49,958 nucleotides of DNA, taken from NCBI GenBank assembly GCA_963836075.1, contig CAWIIB010000004.1, forward strand, positions 1 to 49,958, read 5' to 3'. The position numbers and the translations under genes were made by a program. The notes beneath the pieces were generated by a model. It saw only the letters and a list, made by a program, of their open reading frames with translations, made no database searches and was not told where the DNA came from. Of this stretch, positions 27,000 through 42,715 are shown in pieces (position 1 is the stretch's first letter; every line of letters begins with the position of its first letter). The DNA comes from an uncultured Acidobacteriota bacterium. Its GTDB lineage: Bacteria > Acidobacteriota > JAQAZP01.

Positions 27000-27077
27000 G
27001 GAAGGTAAACACCTCTCTTGAGATTCTTGTTGAGGGATCAGTTGAGGGATCATCAGACAGCAGAAAAGGATGGCACA

Positions 27078-28572
27078 ATGAAAACGCGCACACACTTGAC
27101 GGCGTTGTTCGTCGTACTTTTGCTGCTGCTCTTTGCCCCGTCCCTCCAGGCCCAGAGCACCATCCACGTGGACGACAACGCACCGGGGGATCCCGGGCCT
27201 GGCGACACCGCCGTGAGCGACCCGCTGGAGGATGGCACCATAGCCCACCCCTTTGACGCCATCCAGGAGGGGATCAACGCCGCGGTTTACGGCGACACGG
27301 TTCTGGTGGCCGATGGCCTCTACACCGGTGAAGGAAACCGGGACATGAATTTCAATGGCAAGAGGATTACCGTGGGGTCGGAGAACGGGCCGGGCGAGTG
27401 CGTTATCGACGGGGAAGGGAGCTGGAACGAACTGCACACGGCGTTCCTGTTCGACAGCGGCGAAGGCCCGTATTCGATCCTGCGGGGGTTCACTATCACC
27501 CGGTTCGAGAGCTATGGGACAGCTGGTATCGATTGCCAGGCAGCATCACCCACGATCATCGGCAACGTGATAACTGTACATCAATGGAGGCGGGATCAAC
27601 GTGAATGGATCACCGCGGATCATCGACAACGAAATCACCCACAACTGGTCTAATTATGTTTACGCTGCCGCCATCCAAATCTGGGACGATTCGGCGCCGC
27701 TGATCTTCAACAATCTGATTGATGACAACAGAACCGATGAACAGTATGGCGCGGCCATCTCCTGCTACGGTGACTGCAGCCCGCTGATCGTCGCGTGCAC
27801 CATCGTCGATAATTACAATACCGGATATGCAAGCGGCATTTACGGAAGCGACCAGTCGGAGATTACGGTTCTCGACTCGATCGTCTGGGGCAACTACAAC
27901 GGAGAGATCTATGCCAACAACATCTCGGTGACGTACTCGGACGTCGAGGGCGGCTTCGCAGGCACCGGCAATATCGACCTCGATCCGCGTTTCGTCGGAG
28001 GGCCGGGCGGCAGCTATAGCCTCTCCCAGCTGGCCGCCGGTCAGGGGGTGGACAGCCCCTGCCTCGATGCCGGCAGCGACCTTGCTTCAAACATCTGCAC
28101 CCCAGGCCCGGATGGCGCAATCTGTCTCGGCGGCCTTTCCACTCGCACCGATCGTTTCTGTGACACCGGCCAAGCGGACATGGGCTTCCACTCACCGGCT
28201 GGCGCCACCGTGGCGGCCGCGTTCAGCTGCGTGCCGGCCAGCGGCACACTCCCCTTTCAGAGCACCATGTTCGTCGAGCTGGAGAACCGCTACCCTGGCG
28301 CCACCCGGCAGATCGCGGGGAAGATAAACGTCATGCTGGCCGGCGGCCAGGGATATTCGAACTGGCGCGCCGGCTTCACCAACGTGGGGCCCGGCGACAG
28401 CTATCTCACCTCCTGGGTCCAGAACATCCCGGCCCTTGGTTCACTGATTGGCGAGAACCGTTTCACCCTGCACGCCGAGGATGTCACCCCTTCCCCTTAC
28501 AACCTGCCGCCGTATCCCCCGGCAGGGGATACGGATGCGGTGTCCTGCACCATTACCGGGGTGGCGCCGTGA
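27078..28572 (+). CDS. Exported beta-helix protein with shared C-terminal domain, paralog 3 (frameshifted)
   Basis: MKTRTHLTALFVVLLLLLFAPSLQA signal; same N-terminal block; YSDVEGGFAGTGNIDLDPRF; shared CTD. Confidence 0.82.
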
Positions 28573-28604
28573 TGCTATTTCCTGATGCAGCCAAAGGAGC
28601 ATTC

Positions 28605-31153
28605 ATGAGTATCCAAATCGCCCGCTCTTTCCGTCTCGCCATGCTGATCCTCTGTTATTGCATTCCCGCGACGGCAGCAGAGCAGATGTTCGACGCCAGG
28701 GTCGACTGCTGGGCCGGGGACGGTGCCTGCTGGGTCGCCACCGGCGACCTGGACGGCAACGGCACACCGGACCTGGCCGTGGCGAATTTCAACAGCGACG
28801 ATGTTTCCGTGCTCCTGGGCCTGGGACGGCACCTTCCAGGTCGCCGTTGAGTTCGGCGTCGGTGACGGGCCGACGTCGGTGGCCATCGGCGACCTGGATG
28901 GCGACGGCAACCAGGATCTGGTTGTAACGAACTATTGGCAGAACACCGTATCGCTGCTTCCGGGAAGCGGTGACGGTTCTTTCGGTTCCGTTCAGAACCA
29001 CCAGGCCGGTGGCGGTCCATCCGCGGTGACCATCGGAGACCTGGACGGTGATGGCCAGCCGGACCTGGCCGATCTGCGCAAACCATGACGGGACATGGTT
29101 TCCGTGCTGTTGGGGAACGGGGACGGCACCTTCCAGGCGGCGGTGCTGTTCGGGGTCGGGGAGCGGTCCACGATCGATCGCCGCTGGTGATCTGGACGGT
29201 GACGGTATCCCGGACCTGGTCACGGCGAATCATGACAGCAACGATGTCTCGGTGCTGCTGGGCAGCGGTGGCGGGACGTTCCAGTCGGTGGTCATTCAAT
29301 ACCCGGCCGGCAGCAGCCCCATCACGTCGCCCTGAACGACCTGAATGGTGACAACGTCCAGGACCTGGCGACGGTCAACTTGGACTGGGATGATGTCTCC
29401 GTCCTGCTGGGCAATGGTGACGGCAGCCTCCAACCGGCGTTGAGCTTCATCGCCGGTGACGAGCCGCATGCCGTTGTCCTCGATGACCTGGACGGGGATG
29501 GCCATTCGACCTCACCGTGGCCAATGCCGGGAATGATGACATCTCGGTGCTGTGGGCAATGGTGACGGCACCTTCCAGCCGGCGGTGGACTACAATGTCG
29601 GTGTCGCCCCCAATTCCGTCGCCATCGACGATCTGGACGGTGACGAGGTCCCCGACCTGGCCGTGGCAAATTCGGAAGGCCGACGGGTCGCGTGTCGGTG
29701 CTTCCGGGCAAGGGCGACGGGTACTTCCCGGATGCCGCCTACTATGAGGCCGCTTATGGTGCGGGTTCCGTTAACATCGGCGACCTGGACAATGACGGCA
29801 GATTGGATCTGGCCATCGCGAATCTTACCACCGGATCGGTCTCGATCCTGCTGGATACGGCAACGGTTCATTCGAGACCGTTGGAAGCTATGAGATCGGC
29901 CTTACCGCCAAAGCCGCCGCCATCGGCGATCTGAATAGTGACGGCATCCCTGACCTCGTGGCATCAGAGCGGCTATCCGGCACCATGTGGCGATACTCAT
30001 GGGAAACGGTGACGGTACCTTCCAGCAAGCGGTGGAATACGCCACAGGCGAATTTCCTGGTCTGTTGCCACCCGGCGACCTGGATAGTGACGGCAACCAG
30101 GACCCCGCTCGTGGCAAACAAGGATGATTCCCATATCTCAATCTTCCTCGGTTTCGGTAAGACGGCACGTTCCAACCCGAAGTAACAACGTATGCTTACA
30201 ATCCCTGGTCGGTGAGGATCGGCGACTGAACGGTGAGACGGGATCCTGGATCTGGCGGGAACTAGCTCGATCCCGGGCACTCTGTTCGTGCGTTTGGGGA
30301 ACGGTGACGGCACCTTTCAAAGCGCCGAAAATTATGGGTTCAGTGACTATCTCTACACCCTCGCCATCGGCGACCGAAAAACGGCGAATGGAATTCCGGA
30401 TATGGCCGTGCGCCGCATTGATGCTCACCGGCTGTGATCCGGTCTGTAACACGGCCGGGTCTGGCTGATGATGGGCAACGGTGAGGTACCTTCGTGAACG
30501 CTGGAAAGTTATCGCGGGCCTGGCAGCCATTTACGGTGGCCATCGGTGATCTGGATGACGACGGCCATCGGAGCTGGCCGTGTCGAACCTCTCCAGCCAC
30601 AACGTTCGGTGCTGCGGGGCGCCGGGAACGGTGCGTTCACTTCGGCCGTGAGCTTCGGGGTTGGTCCGAGGCCACAGACAGTGGCCATCGGCGACCTGGA
30701 CGACAACGGCGCCCTTGACCTGGCGGTTGCGAATGATTCGCAGCAGTAATGTCGCCATCCTGCTCAACACCCGGGGATCCACGGGCAGGACAATCTATGC
30801 CGACCTGACCTGCTCTCCGCTGAAAGCACCCTGCCGTTCTCATCCCTCTTCCGGGCGGCCCTGATCAACGACGATGAAAACCAGACACGGCGGATCCAGT
30901 ACAGCATCCACGTAACCCTTGCCGGGGGCCAGTATTTTTCTTCCTGGCGTAGGGCTGGCTGAACATCCAGGCTGGCGAGATAGTTACCGAGCAGTGGGTT
31001 CAGTTTATCCCCGCCCTGTCGACCCTCGAGGGCGTGAACCACTTCCAGCTTGGTGCGGTCGACGTCACTCCGCCGCCATACAACCTGCCGCCCTATCCCC
31101 CGGCAGGGGATACGGATAATGCTTCCTGCACCATCACCGGGGTGGCGCCGTAA
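28605..31153 (+). CDS. Exported FG-GAP/VCBS repeat protein with shared C-terminal domain (heavily frameshifted)
   Basis: Signal peptide; many repeats of VAIGDLDGDG..DLAVAN..S.DVSVLLGNGDGTFQ; ends VDVTPPPYNLPPYPPAGDTDNASCTITGVAP. Confidence 0.8.
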
Positions 31154-31270
31154 TCCCCATTCCAACGACATTTTCCGGGCCCTTTTTCCGGGCCCGGGCC
31201 CTGTTTTCCCCCCTGGGAAAGATCCCCTCCTCCAACCTGTTGAAAACACCCCCCGAATCCCCCGAATTCA

Positions 31271-31299
31271 TTGACTCGCTTATGGTTCTATGTTAGATT
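31271..31299 (+). promoter_or_regulatory. Sigma70-type promoter of the atp operon
   Basis: TTGACT-N17-TAGATT with an extended TG. Confidence 0.6.
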
Positions 31300-31478
31300 T
31301 TCGAGTCTTTTGCCGTCTTCGGCACGCCCGAGGTGTCGGTTGACGGGGACAAGTGATTTTTTTCACAACGACTTAGGTGATTCGAAGAGCACCTGCGGGG
31401 GGCTGTCGACACCCGGGGGGCTTTTATTTTTTTCTATTCACTTTTTTCGTATCGCAGTAAGCGAAGGGGGCCCCGGAG

Positions 31479-31928
31479 ATGGAAGACATCATTCTCGCGG
31501 TCAAGGAACAGTACCCCCAGGGCATCATCGTTGCGATCGCCATCCTCATCATGATCTGGCTCTTGAAGAAGAACCTCTTCGAGCCGCTGCTGGCCATTTC
31601 GGCCAAGCGGGCCAGTGACAAGGAGAGCCTGATGCACGAGGCAGGCTCCTCGTCCGGCGAGCTGGAACGCCTGGAGAACGAACGGAAGCAGGGTCTGCTG
31701 AACGTTCGCTCCGACGTGGTCAGGATGAAGGACGCCGCGCGATCGCAAGCCCAGGAGGAGGGCCGGGTGAAGCTTGAAGCCACCACCACCCGGCTGACCG
31801 GCATCAAGGAAGAAAAATCGAAGGAGCTCGAGCAGGAGATGGCCACGGCCCGCGAGTCGATGGCCCAGGAGATCCCGCTGATGGCCCGCCAGATCGCCGA
31901 GCAGGTGCTCGGGCGCCCGCTGGCCTGA
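31479..31928 (+). CDS. ATP synthase F0 subunit b'
   Basis: N-terminal TM, LKKNLFEPLL motif, charged helical tail ending IAEQVLGR; first gene of the atp cluster. Confidence 0.85.
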   Translation: MEDIILAVKEQYPQGIIVAIAILIMIWLLKKNLFEPLLAISAKRASDKESLMHEAGSSSGELERLENERKQGLLNVRSDVVRMKDAARSQAQEEGRVKLEATTTRLTGIKEEKSKELEQEMATARESMAQEIPLMARQIAEQVLGRPLA

Positions 31929-31966
31929 CCGAGACCGAGACAACAACCGAACCGGAGAAATCGCTG

Positions 31967-32569
31967 ATGAGACGAACTTCCTTGATACTCCTTGCGGCGG
32001 CCGTGGTGCTGCTGGTGCTGCTGGCCCCGGCGGCGGCCCTGGCCCAGGAGGCCGGGCACGGCGGCGACGCGGGGCCATGGCGAGCACCATGGGATCAACT
32101 GGGGCACCCTGTTCTGGAAAACGGTCAACTTCATTATCTTCTTTGGCGCGCTGGGCTATTTCCTGGCCAAGCCGATCGCCGCCTTCCTCCGCTCCCGCTC
32201 CGAAAACATCACCAAAGAGCTCGATGACGCCCGCGACGCGCGGGACCAGGCCCAGGCCGAACTGGCCGAGGCCCGGAGCAAGGTGGCGAACCTCGAGCAG
32301 GAGCTGGCCGAGATGCGGGCCAAGGGCGGACACGACGCCGAAGAGCTGGGCCGCAACATGGTGGCCCAGGCCCAGGCCGAGTGCCAGCGGATCGAACGGC
32401 AGGCGGCCAAGGACCTCGACCAGATGGGCAAGAGTGCCCGGCGCCAGCTGCGCGAATACGCTGCCGAGCTCTCCATCGAGACGGCGGAGAAGCTGGTGCG
32501 TGAAGCGATCAACGACGAGGACCGCGGCCGGATTCTCACCGCCAGCCTCGAGCGGGTAGGAGGCGAAAA

Positions 32570-32573
<4 letters not shown>
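31967..32573 (+). CDS. atpF: ATP synthase F0 subunit b (frameshifted)
   Basis: WKTVNFIIFFGALGYFLAKPIAAFLRSRSENI followed by a coiled coil. Confidence 0.9.
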
Positions 32574-34640
<2,067 letters not shown>

Positions 34641-34642
34641 CC

Positions 34643-37387
<2,745 letters not shown>

Positions 37388-37431
37388 CCCTGCAGTGTTC
37401 ATATCCAGACCCCGTCTGGAAGGCAATAAGA

Positions 37432-37471
37432 GGGTGCCGGTGGTTTACACCACTGCCGGCGCCCCGTTTTT
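37432..37471 (+). terminator. Intrinsic terminator after atpC
   Basis: GGGTGCCGG ... CCGGCGCCC stem followed by a T run. Confidence 0.55.
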
Positions 37472-37489
37472 GGTTCGAAGGCTTGCTGG

Positions 37490-37914
37490 TCAGAGGAAAG
37501 GGTTGTGGATCTCCCGCCGTGGATCGTCTGGCCGTGGTTGAGATCCTCCGAGTAGACGATTTCAGCGTTCGAGCGCCTTGCGGCGACGAGGATCAGGGTG
37601 TCCCAGTAGGAGAGCTTCAGTTTCCGAGTGATCGCTCCCGCTTCTCGAATCGCCTCATAGTCCACGAGAAAGACCGGCCAGACGGCGAGATCGTCCATCA
37701 CTTCCAGGGCCCTGGCCGCCGGGAGGGGCCGTTTGATCTTCTTCGTCACGGTGACGAAGAATTCCTGGAGCACCTGGGTGCTCAGGCGGAGCCGGTTATT
37801 TGCGGCGAGCTCTTCGATCAACTGCGCAGCCAGGCGACGGCGGCGGCTCTCCGCGCGGTCGAAGGCGTAGACGAGGATGTTGGTGTCCACGAAGGCCGGC
37901 CTGTCATCGCTCAT
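37490..37914 (-). CDS. PIN-domain (VapC-like) toxin (probable frameshift near the C-terminus)
   Basis: FVDTNILVYAFD, STQVLQEF, SYWDTLIL, YSEDLNHGQ, HNPF terminus in a shifted frame. Confidence 0.9.
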
Positions 37915-38134
37915 GGAGTTCGTCCCTTGTCCAGCGTTTGTCTCCGACCTCGAGAATCCCGCGGGCCATGCGTGATTTGAGGCGATCCAGAGCATCCCGG
38001 CGCTTCCGGTCTTCCTCCACCAGGCTCTTCAGATGATCCCGGATCAGCTGGTTGACCGAAGTGTTCCGGTCGAGGGCGTATTTTCGTGCGGTCAACAGCA
38101 GAGCCTCGTCGATGGCGAGGGTCAGGTTTTTCAT
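37904..38134 (-). CDS. Ribbon-helix-helix antitoxin (VapB-like)
   Basis: MKNLTLAIDEALLLTARKYA..TSVNQLIRDHL, ends WTRDELHER and overlaps the toxin start. Confidence 0.85.
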   Translation of the reverse strand: MKNLTLAIDEALLLTARKYALDRNTSVNQLIRDHLKSLVEEDRKRRDALDRLKSRMARGILEVGDKRWTRDELHER

Positions 38135-38145
38135 CGCAGCGCCTC

Positions 38146-38186
38146 CTACACATAATAAGGTAATACCTTATTATGTGTAGAGTCAA
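38146..38186 (-). promoter_or_regulatory. TA promoter with palindromic operator
   Basis: Perfect 17-bp inverted repeat CTACACATAATAAGGTA-A-TACCTTATTATGTGTAG (38146-38180) next to a minus-strand TTGACT -35. Confidence 0.8.
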
Positions 38187-38512
38187 CGAAAAAATGAAAA
38201 CCCCCTTGCCGGATGAACGATCCCTTGGGCGCAGGTGTGACGCAATTTTCCGGTCGCTGACCGGACACATGCAGGGATCCTGGCCCAGTGAACCAAATGT
38301 AGCAATATCCATACCGGCCGGAGCGTTGCGAAAAGAGGGGTTTATGCTGCTCACGAGTACCTGCGGTGTAACGCCTGCGGTGCAGAAGGAACGGGCGGTT
38401 GACAGACGGCACCTGAATTATTTACCAGATGGCTGAACGCCATCGTCCGTATCTGGTATTGTTAACTGAGAACTGAATTCGTGGCCGGTCGGGCCATTTC
38501 CCGGAGGTATTC

Positions 38513-39991
38513 GTGTCGAAACACTTTCGTTCTGCTCTTCATCACACTGCTCGTCCTCGCCCTGGCCGCGGCGCCCGTCGTGGTCGCCGCCCCCCAGGGA
38601 CTGGAGGGGTCGGTGGTGCGCATCGTCAACTACTCCCAGCGCGGAAACTGGTACGTCGCCCTGGGACGTGACCGACGTGGCCCAGGGCTCGGGGTCGGGT
38701 TTCGTCATCGAGGGCGGCCTGATCATGACCAACGCCCACGTGATCAGCGACTCCCGCCTGCTGGTGCTTTTCATCCACAACGATCCCGAGCCGTATGTGG
38801 CCGAGGTGGTGCACGTGGCCCACGACTGCGACCTGGCCCTGATCCGCCCCGACCGACCCCGGGGTGCTGGAAAACGTGCCCGCGCTGAAAATCGGCGACC
38901 TGCCGACCCTGGGCAGCGCGGTGAACACCCTCGGCTACCCGGCCGGGGGCACCCAGATCTCCTCCACCCGCGGCGTGGTCTCCCGTATCGAGCAGACGCT
39001 CTACGTGCACTCCGGCATGGACCTGCACCTCTCGGTGCAGACCGACGCGGCGATCAACCCCGGCAACAGCGGCGGGCCGGTGGTCCAGGGCGGGCAGGTG
39101 GTGGGCGTGGCCTTCCAGGCCGACATGCGCCAGGAGAACGTGGGGTTCTTCATCCCCCCGGGGGTGATCAACCGGTTTCTGCGCGACGTGGCGGACGGCC
39201 GCTACGACGGCTATCCCGAGCTGGGCGTGGACACCGCCGAGATGGAGAACCCGGCACTGCGCGCCTGGGCCGGCATGGACGACGGGGAGACCGGTGTGCG
39301 GGTCAACTATGTTCACGCCGGGTCCAGCGCCGAGGGCCTGATCGGGAAGGGCGACGTTATCCTGGCCGTGGACGGTCAGACCGGTGGCCAATGACGGCTC
39401 GGTGTCCGACGGCGACGGCCGGGTGCCCTTCGGCATGCTGGTGGACCGCCGGCAGACCGGTGAGTCGATCCCGCTGCGTATTCTGCGGAACGGGACCCGC
39501 CGGGACATCGAAATTCCGCTCAAGGCCTACGCGCCGGGCGACACCCGGGGCAACCTCTACGACCAGTTTCCGCGCTACTACGTGTACGGCGGCCTGATCT
39601 TCGTGCCGCTGGACCGGGAGATGCTCAAGACCTACGGCGCGGAGTGGTTCGCTCGCTGCGGACCGCAACCTGATGCACGAGTTCTTCCTCCGGCCGCTCT
39701 ATCGAGCCCGGGGTCCAGCTCGAGGAGCGGGTGGTGCTGCTGCGCCGGCTGGATCACCCGGTGAACGCCGACATGGCCTGGTTCCGCAACCTGGCCGTGG
39801 AGCGGATCAACGGGCGGGAGATCACGGGCATGGACGACCTGGTGGAGAGCCTGGAAAACCACCAGGGGGAATTCCACCTGATCGAGTTCTCCCACCTCGG
39901 CCGGTTCGGGGTGCTTGACCGGCAGAAGGCCGAGGAGGCCCACCAGGAGATACTGGAGCGCTACGGGATCGAGGAGGACCGCAACCTATGA
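38513..39991 (+). CDS. Exported trypsin-like serine protease with PDZ domains (Deg/HtrA-like; frameshifted; start approximate)
   Basis: GSGSGFVI, TNAHV (His), DCDLAL (Asp), TRGVVSRIE, DAAINPGNSGGP (Ser). Confidence 0.9.
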
Positions 39992-41531
39992 AGAGCAGAG
40001 GCTTGCTGATGGTCGTGGATCGTCCTCCTGCTGGCCCTGGCCCTCCCCGCGGCGGCCGACACCGTGGGCGGATGCCGAGGACAGCGCCGCGCAGTACAAG
40101 AACAGCGTGGTGGGTCTCGACGTGACCTACCAGGAATGGGACGAGGACCGGCCGTGGGCCAAGAAGATCCCCAAACACCGTAACGCCGCGGCCGTGCTGG
40201 TGGACGGGGCGCACCTGCTGACCACGGCCCAGATGGTGGACCAGGCGACCCTGATCCGGCTGGTCACCTTCGGGCGGACCCGGCCGGTGGAGCCCCGGGT
40301 GGTCCGCGTGGACCCGGACATCAACCTGGCGCTGCTGGTGATCGAGGACCAGGAGACCCTGGAGAGCCTGAAACCGGTCTCCCTGGCCGACAGCACGCCC
40401 ACCGCCGGGTGTGCTGCGCACCGTTCGCTGGAGCGGCCAGCAGCTGGAGTCGGCGTCCTCCCGGGTGATCGGCTTCAAGGTGGAGCGGAGCTGGGGCGGC
40501 CGGCTGGACCACGCCTTCCTGCACATGCGCACCGACATGGGCAGCGGCGGCTGGGGCGAACCGGTTTTTGCCAACGGGTCGCTGGTGGGGCTGACCGTTT
40601 CGCAGAAGGATCAGCGAAGCCGGGCCATCCCGGTGGAGCTGCTCCGGGCGTTTTTCGACCGGGCGCGGGAGCCGGGGCCGCTGGTGGGCTTCCCCTCGCT
40701 GGGGCTCAGCTGGCAGGTCAACGAGGACCGGGCCCTGGCCGAGTTCCTCGGCCAGCAGGGCGAGCCGCGCGGTGTCCTGGTCCGCCAGGTGCCCTGGGGC
40801 GCATCGGCCTGCGGTGTCCTCGAGCCGCGGGACATCCTGCTGGAGCTGGCCGGGAACCCTATCGACTCCGAGGGCTACTACAACCATCCCCAGCTGGGCC
40901 GGCTGAAATTCAGCCACCTGCTGGTGGAGAGCTACCGGCCGGGAGATACGGTGGAGGCGCTGGTGCTGCGGGCAGGGAAGGAGCTGACGCTGTCCATCCC
41001 CCTGCGAACCTACCCGGCGGCCCTCGACCTGATCCCCGCCCGTCGCGAGGGCCCGCCGCCGTACGTGGTGGCCGGCGGCCTGGTGATCCGCGAGCTGGAC
41101 CTGCCCTATCTCGGCACATGGGGCGCCGACTGGGACGATAATGCGCCGGTCGGGCTGACCACCCGCTACAACCTGAACCGCAACGGCCAGACCAGGGAGC
41201 GGCGGCGCTACGTGCTGATCACGGCGACCCTGCCCGCGGAGTACAACGTGGGCTACCAGGACCTGCGGGACGTGGTGATCGAAGAGGTCAACGGACGTCC
41301 GGTGAGCAGCATCCGGGACGTGGTGGAGGGGCTGGCCGCGCCGCAGGGCGGATTCCAGCTGATCAGGCTGGCGCCCGATTCCGGCCGCGACGTGGTGGTG
41401 CTCGACGCGGCCACGCTCTGACCAGGCGACCAGCGGAGATCCTGGAGACCTACCGGGTGCCGGCGGCGGTGCGGTTGCCGTCGGAGCCGCTGCCCGAGGG
41501 CGGCGGGGATTGCCCGGGGAGCGAGGATTAG
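39988..41531 (+). CDS. Deg/HtrA-like PDZ protein with a degenerate catalytic triad (frameshifted)
   Basis: Collinear with the upstream protease but reads TTAQMV, DINLAL and MGSGGWGEP; PDZ-like DILLELAGNPI and EEVNGRPVSSIRD. Confidence 0.8.
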
Positions 41532-42201
41532 CACGGACCTGTCACGCTATGGCGGGAGCGCAGGTCGGCGCAGGCCTCGGCCAGCTCGATCTCCAGGCGG
41601 GGGATCTCGTTGCAGATGTAATCGAGGTGTTCCGCTTCGGCGTTCTGGAAGGCCTGGAAGGTGCGGACGAACTCGTTGTCCGTGGCCGCCACCACCCCGC
41701 GGAAAATGCTGTTGATCTCCGACCCTTCGATCTCGATCACCAGCTGCAGGGCCTCGGCGGGGTCTTCTGGCGGTCCAGCCCGCTCTCCAGTTCGGACATC
41801 CGTTGTTCCAGCTGCGGGACCACGTCTCGCCAGGCCGCCACCTCACTCTTCCCCCCAGCTCGAATGGCGGCCAGCCCGCGGCAGAGTTCCAGCAGTTCGG
41901 CGTGGCCCTGTTCCTGCCGGGCCAGGGTCTCGAAAAAGCGGGTCAGCGAGGGCGAGGCGGGGAAGCGCCGGGACAGGCGGCGGTAGACTTCCCCGGCGCG
42001 AAGCTCCAGGGCCACGCACTGCTCGATGAAGGATGAAATGGTGGCCGGGGCCGAGGCGCCATGAAGGGTCGGGGCGACGATGGAGAGGAAGGTGCGGTCG
42101 CGGCCGGCAGTGAGGGCGCGGAAAAACACCTGCCAGCCAAAGCTCTGGATGACGGTCACCGGGTGGGCCATCACATGGCGCCGGCAGATCACACCCTTCA
42201 T
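41528..42201 (-). CDS. Rubrerythrin/ferritin-like four-helix protein (frameshifted)
   Basis: ALELRAGEVY, FFETLARQEQGHAELL, IEIEGSEIN and AEAEHL (ExxH diiron-like motifs). Confidence 0.65.
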
Positions 42202-42305
42202 GCGGCTCCTCCCTGTTGGCCAGTGTGGAGGCTGTCGTTCACAGGCGAACAGTATATACGATTATCCGTGATTCCGGCACAATCCATTTATCTGCCGGGC
42301 GGGGC

Positions 42306-42353
42306 AAAAAAAAGCCCCGGCTCCGGTCTCTCCTCCAAAACCGAAATTGGGGC
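42306..42353 (-). terminator. Strong intrinsic terminator with no upstream minus-strand gene
   Basis: Minus strand GCCCC..TTTCGGTTTT/AGAGACCGGAG..GGGGC followed by T8. Confidence 0.7.
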
Positions 42354-42715
42354 CTGTTCCCTCTGGCGGGAACACTGCCCATCAGCGTGTTGCTCGTCTG
42401 TCGCTGACGACGGCACCGATTCACCCGGCGTCAGCCTGTTCCCCTGGCCCGCCGGTGTATACTGTCCCGCTCGTCACCCTATAAGATGATTGCCGGGCCG
42501 ATTGGTTACACGAGGCCGCGTCGATTTTTCGGCCCGGCGGTATGTCCGTTACCGCCAGGGGTCAGCGGTTCAGCCGGGATGTGGACGGCCAGGTTGTTCC
42601 GGGTAGAATGTCCAGGCGGGTGAGCTGAAAACAAGCCGTGATCCGGCCCGGGGCCCTGAGGCGAACGGCCGGACAGCGCTCATATCACCGGGTCTCCCGG
42701 GAGCTTCGTGAAACA

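Noticed and set aside
24811-28433. Near-identical 129-nt repeats as a diversity-generating retroelement TR/VR set
   Set aside because: No reverse transcriptase in the window, all copies lie inside coding tails, and mismatches are not adenine-specific.
28700-30760. Periodic GGCGACCTGGACGG repeats as a CRISPR array
   Set aside because: They are degenerate coding FG-GAP (GDLDGDG) repeats; there are no identical repeat-spacer units and no cas genes.
31165-31250. TTTTCCGGGCCC direct repeat and a lone TGTTGAAAA DnaA-box-like 9-mer
   Set aside because: Short, low-complexity and isolated; not enough evidence of function.
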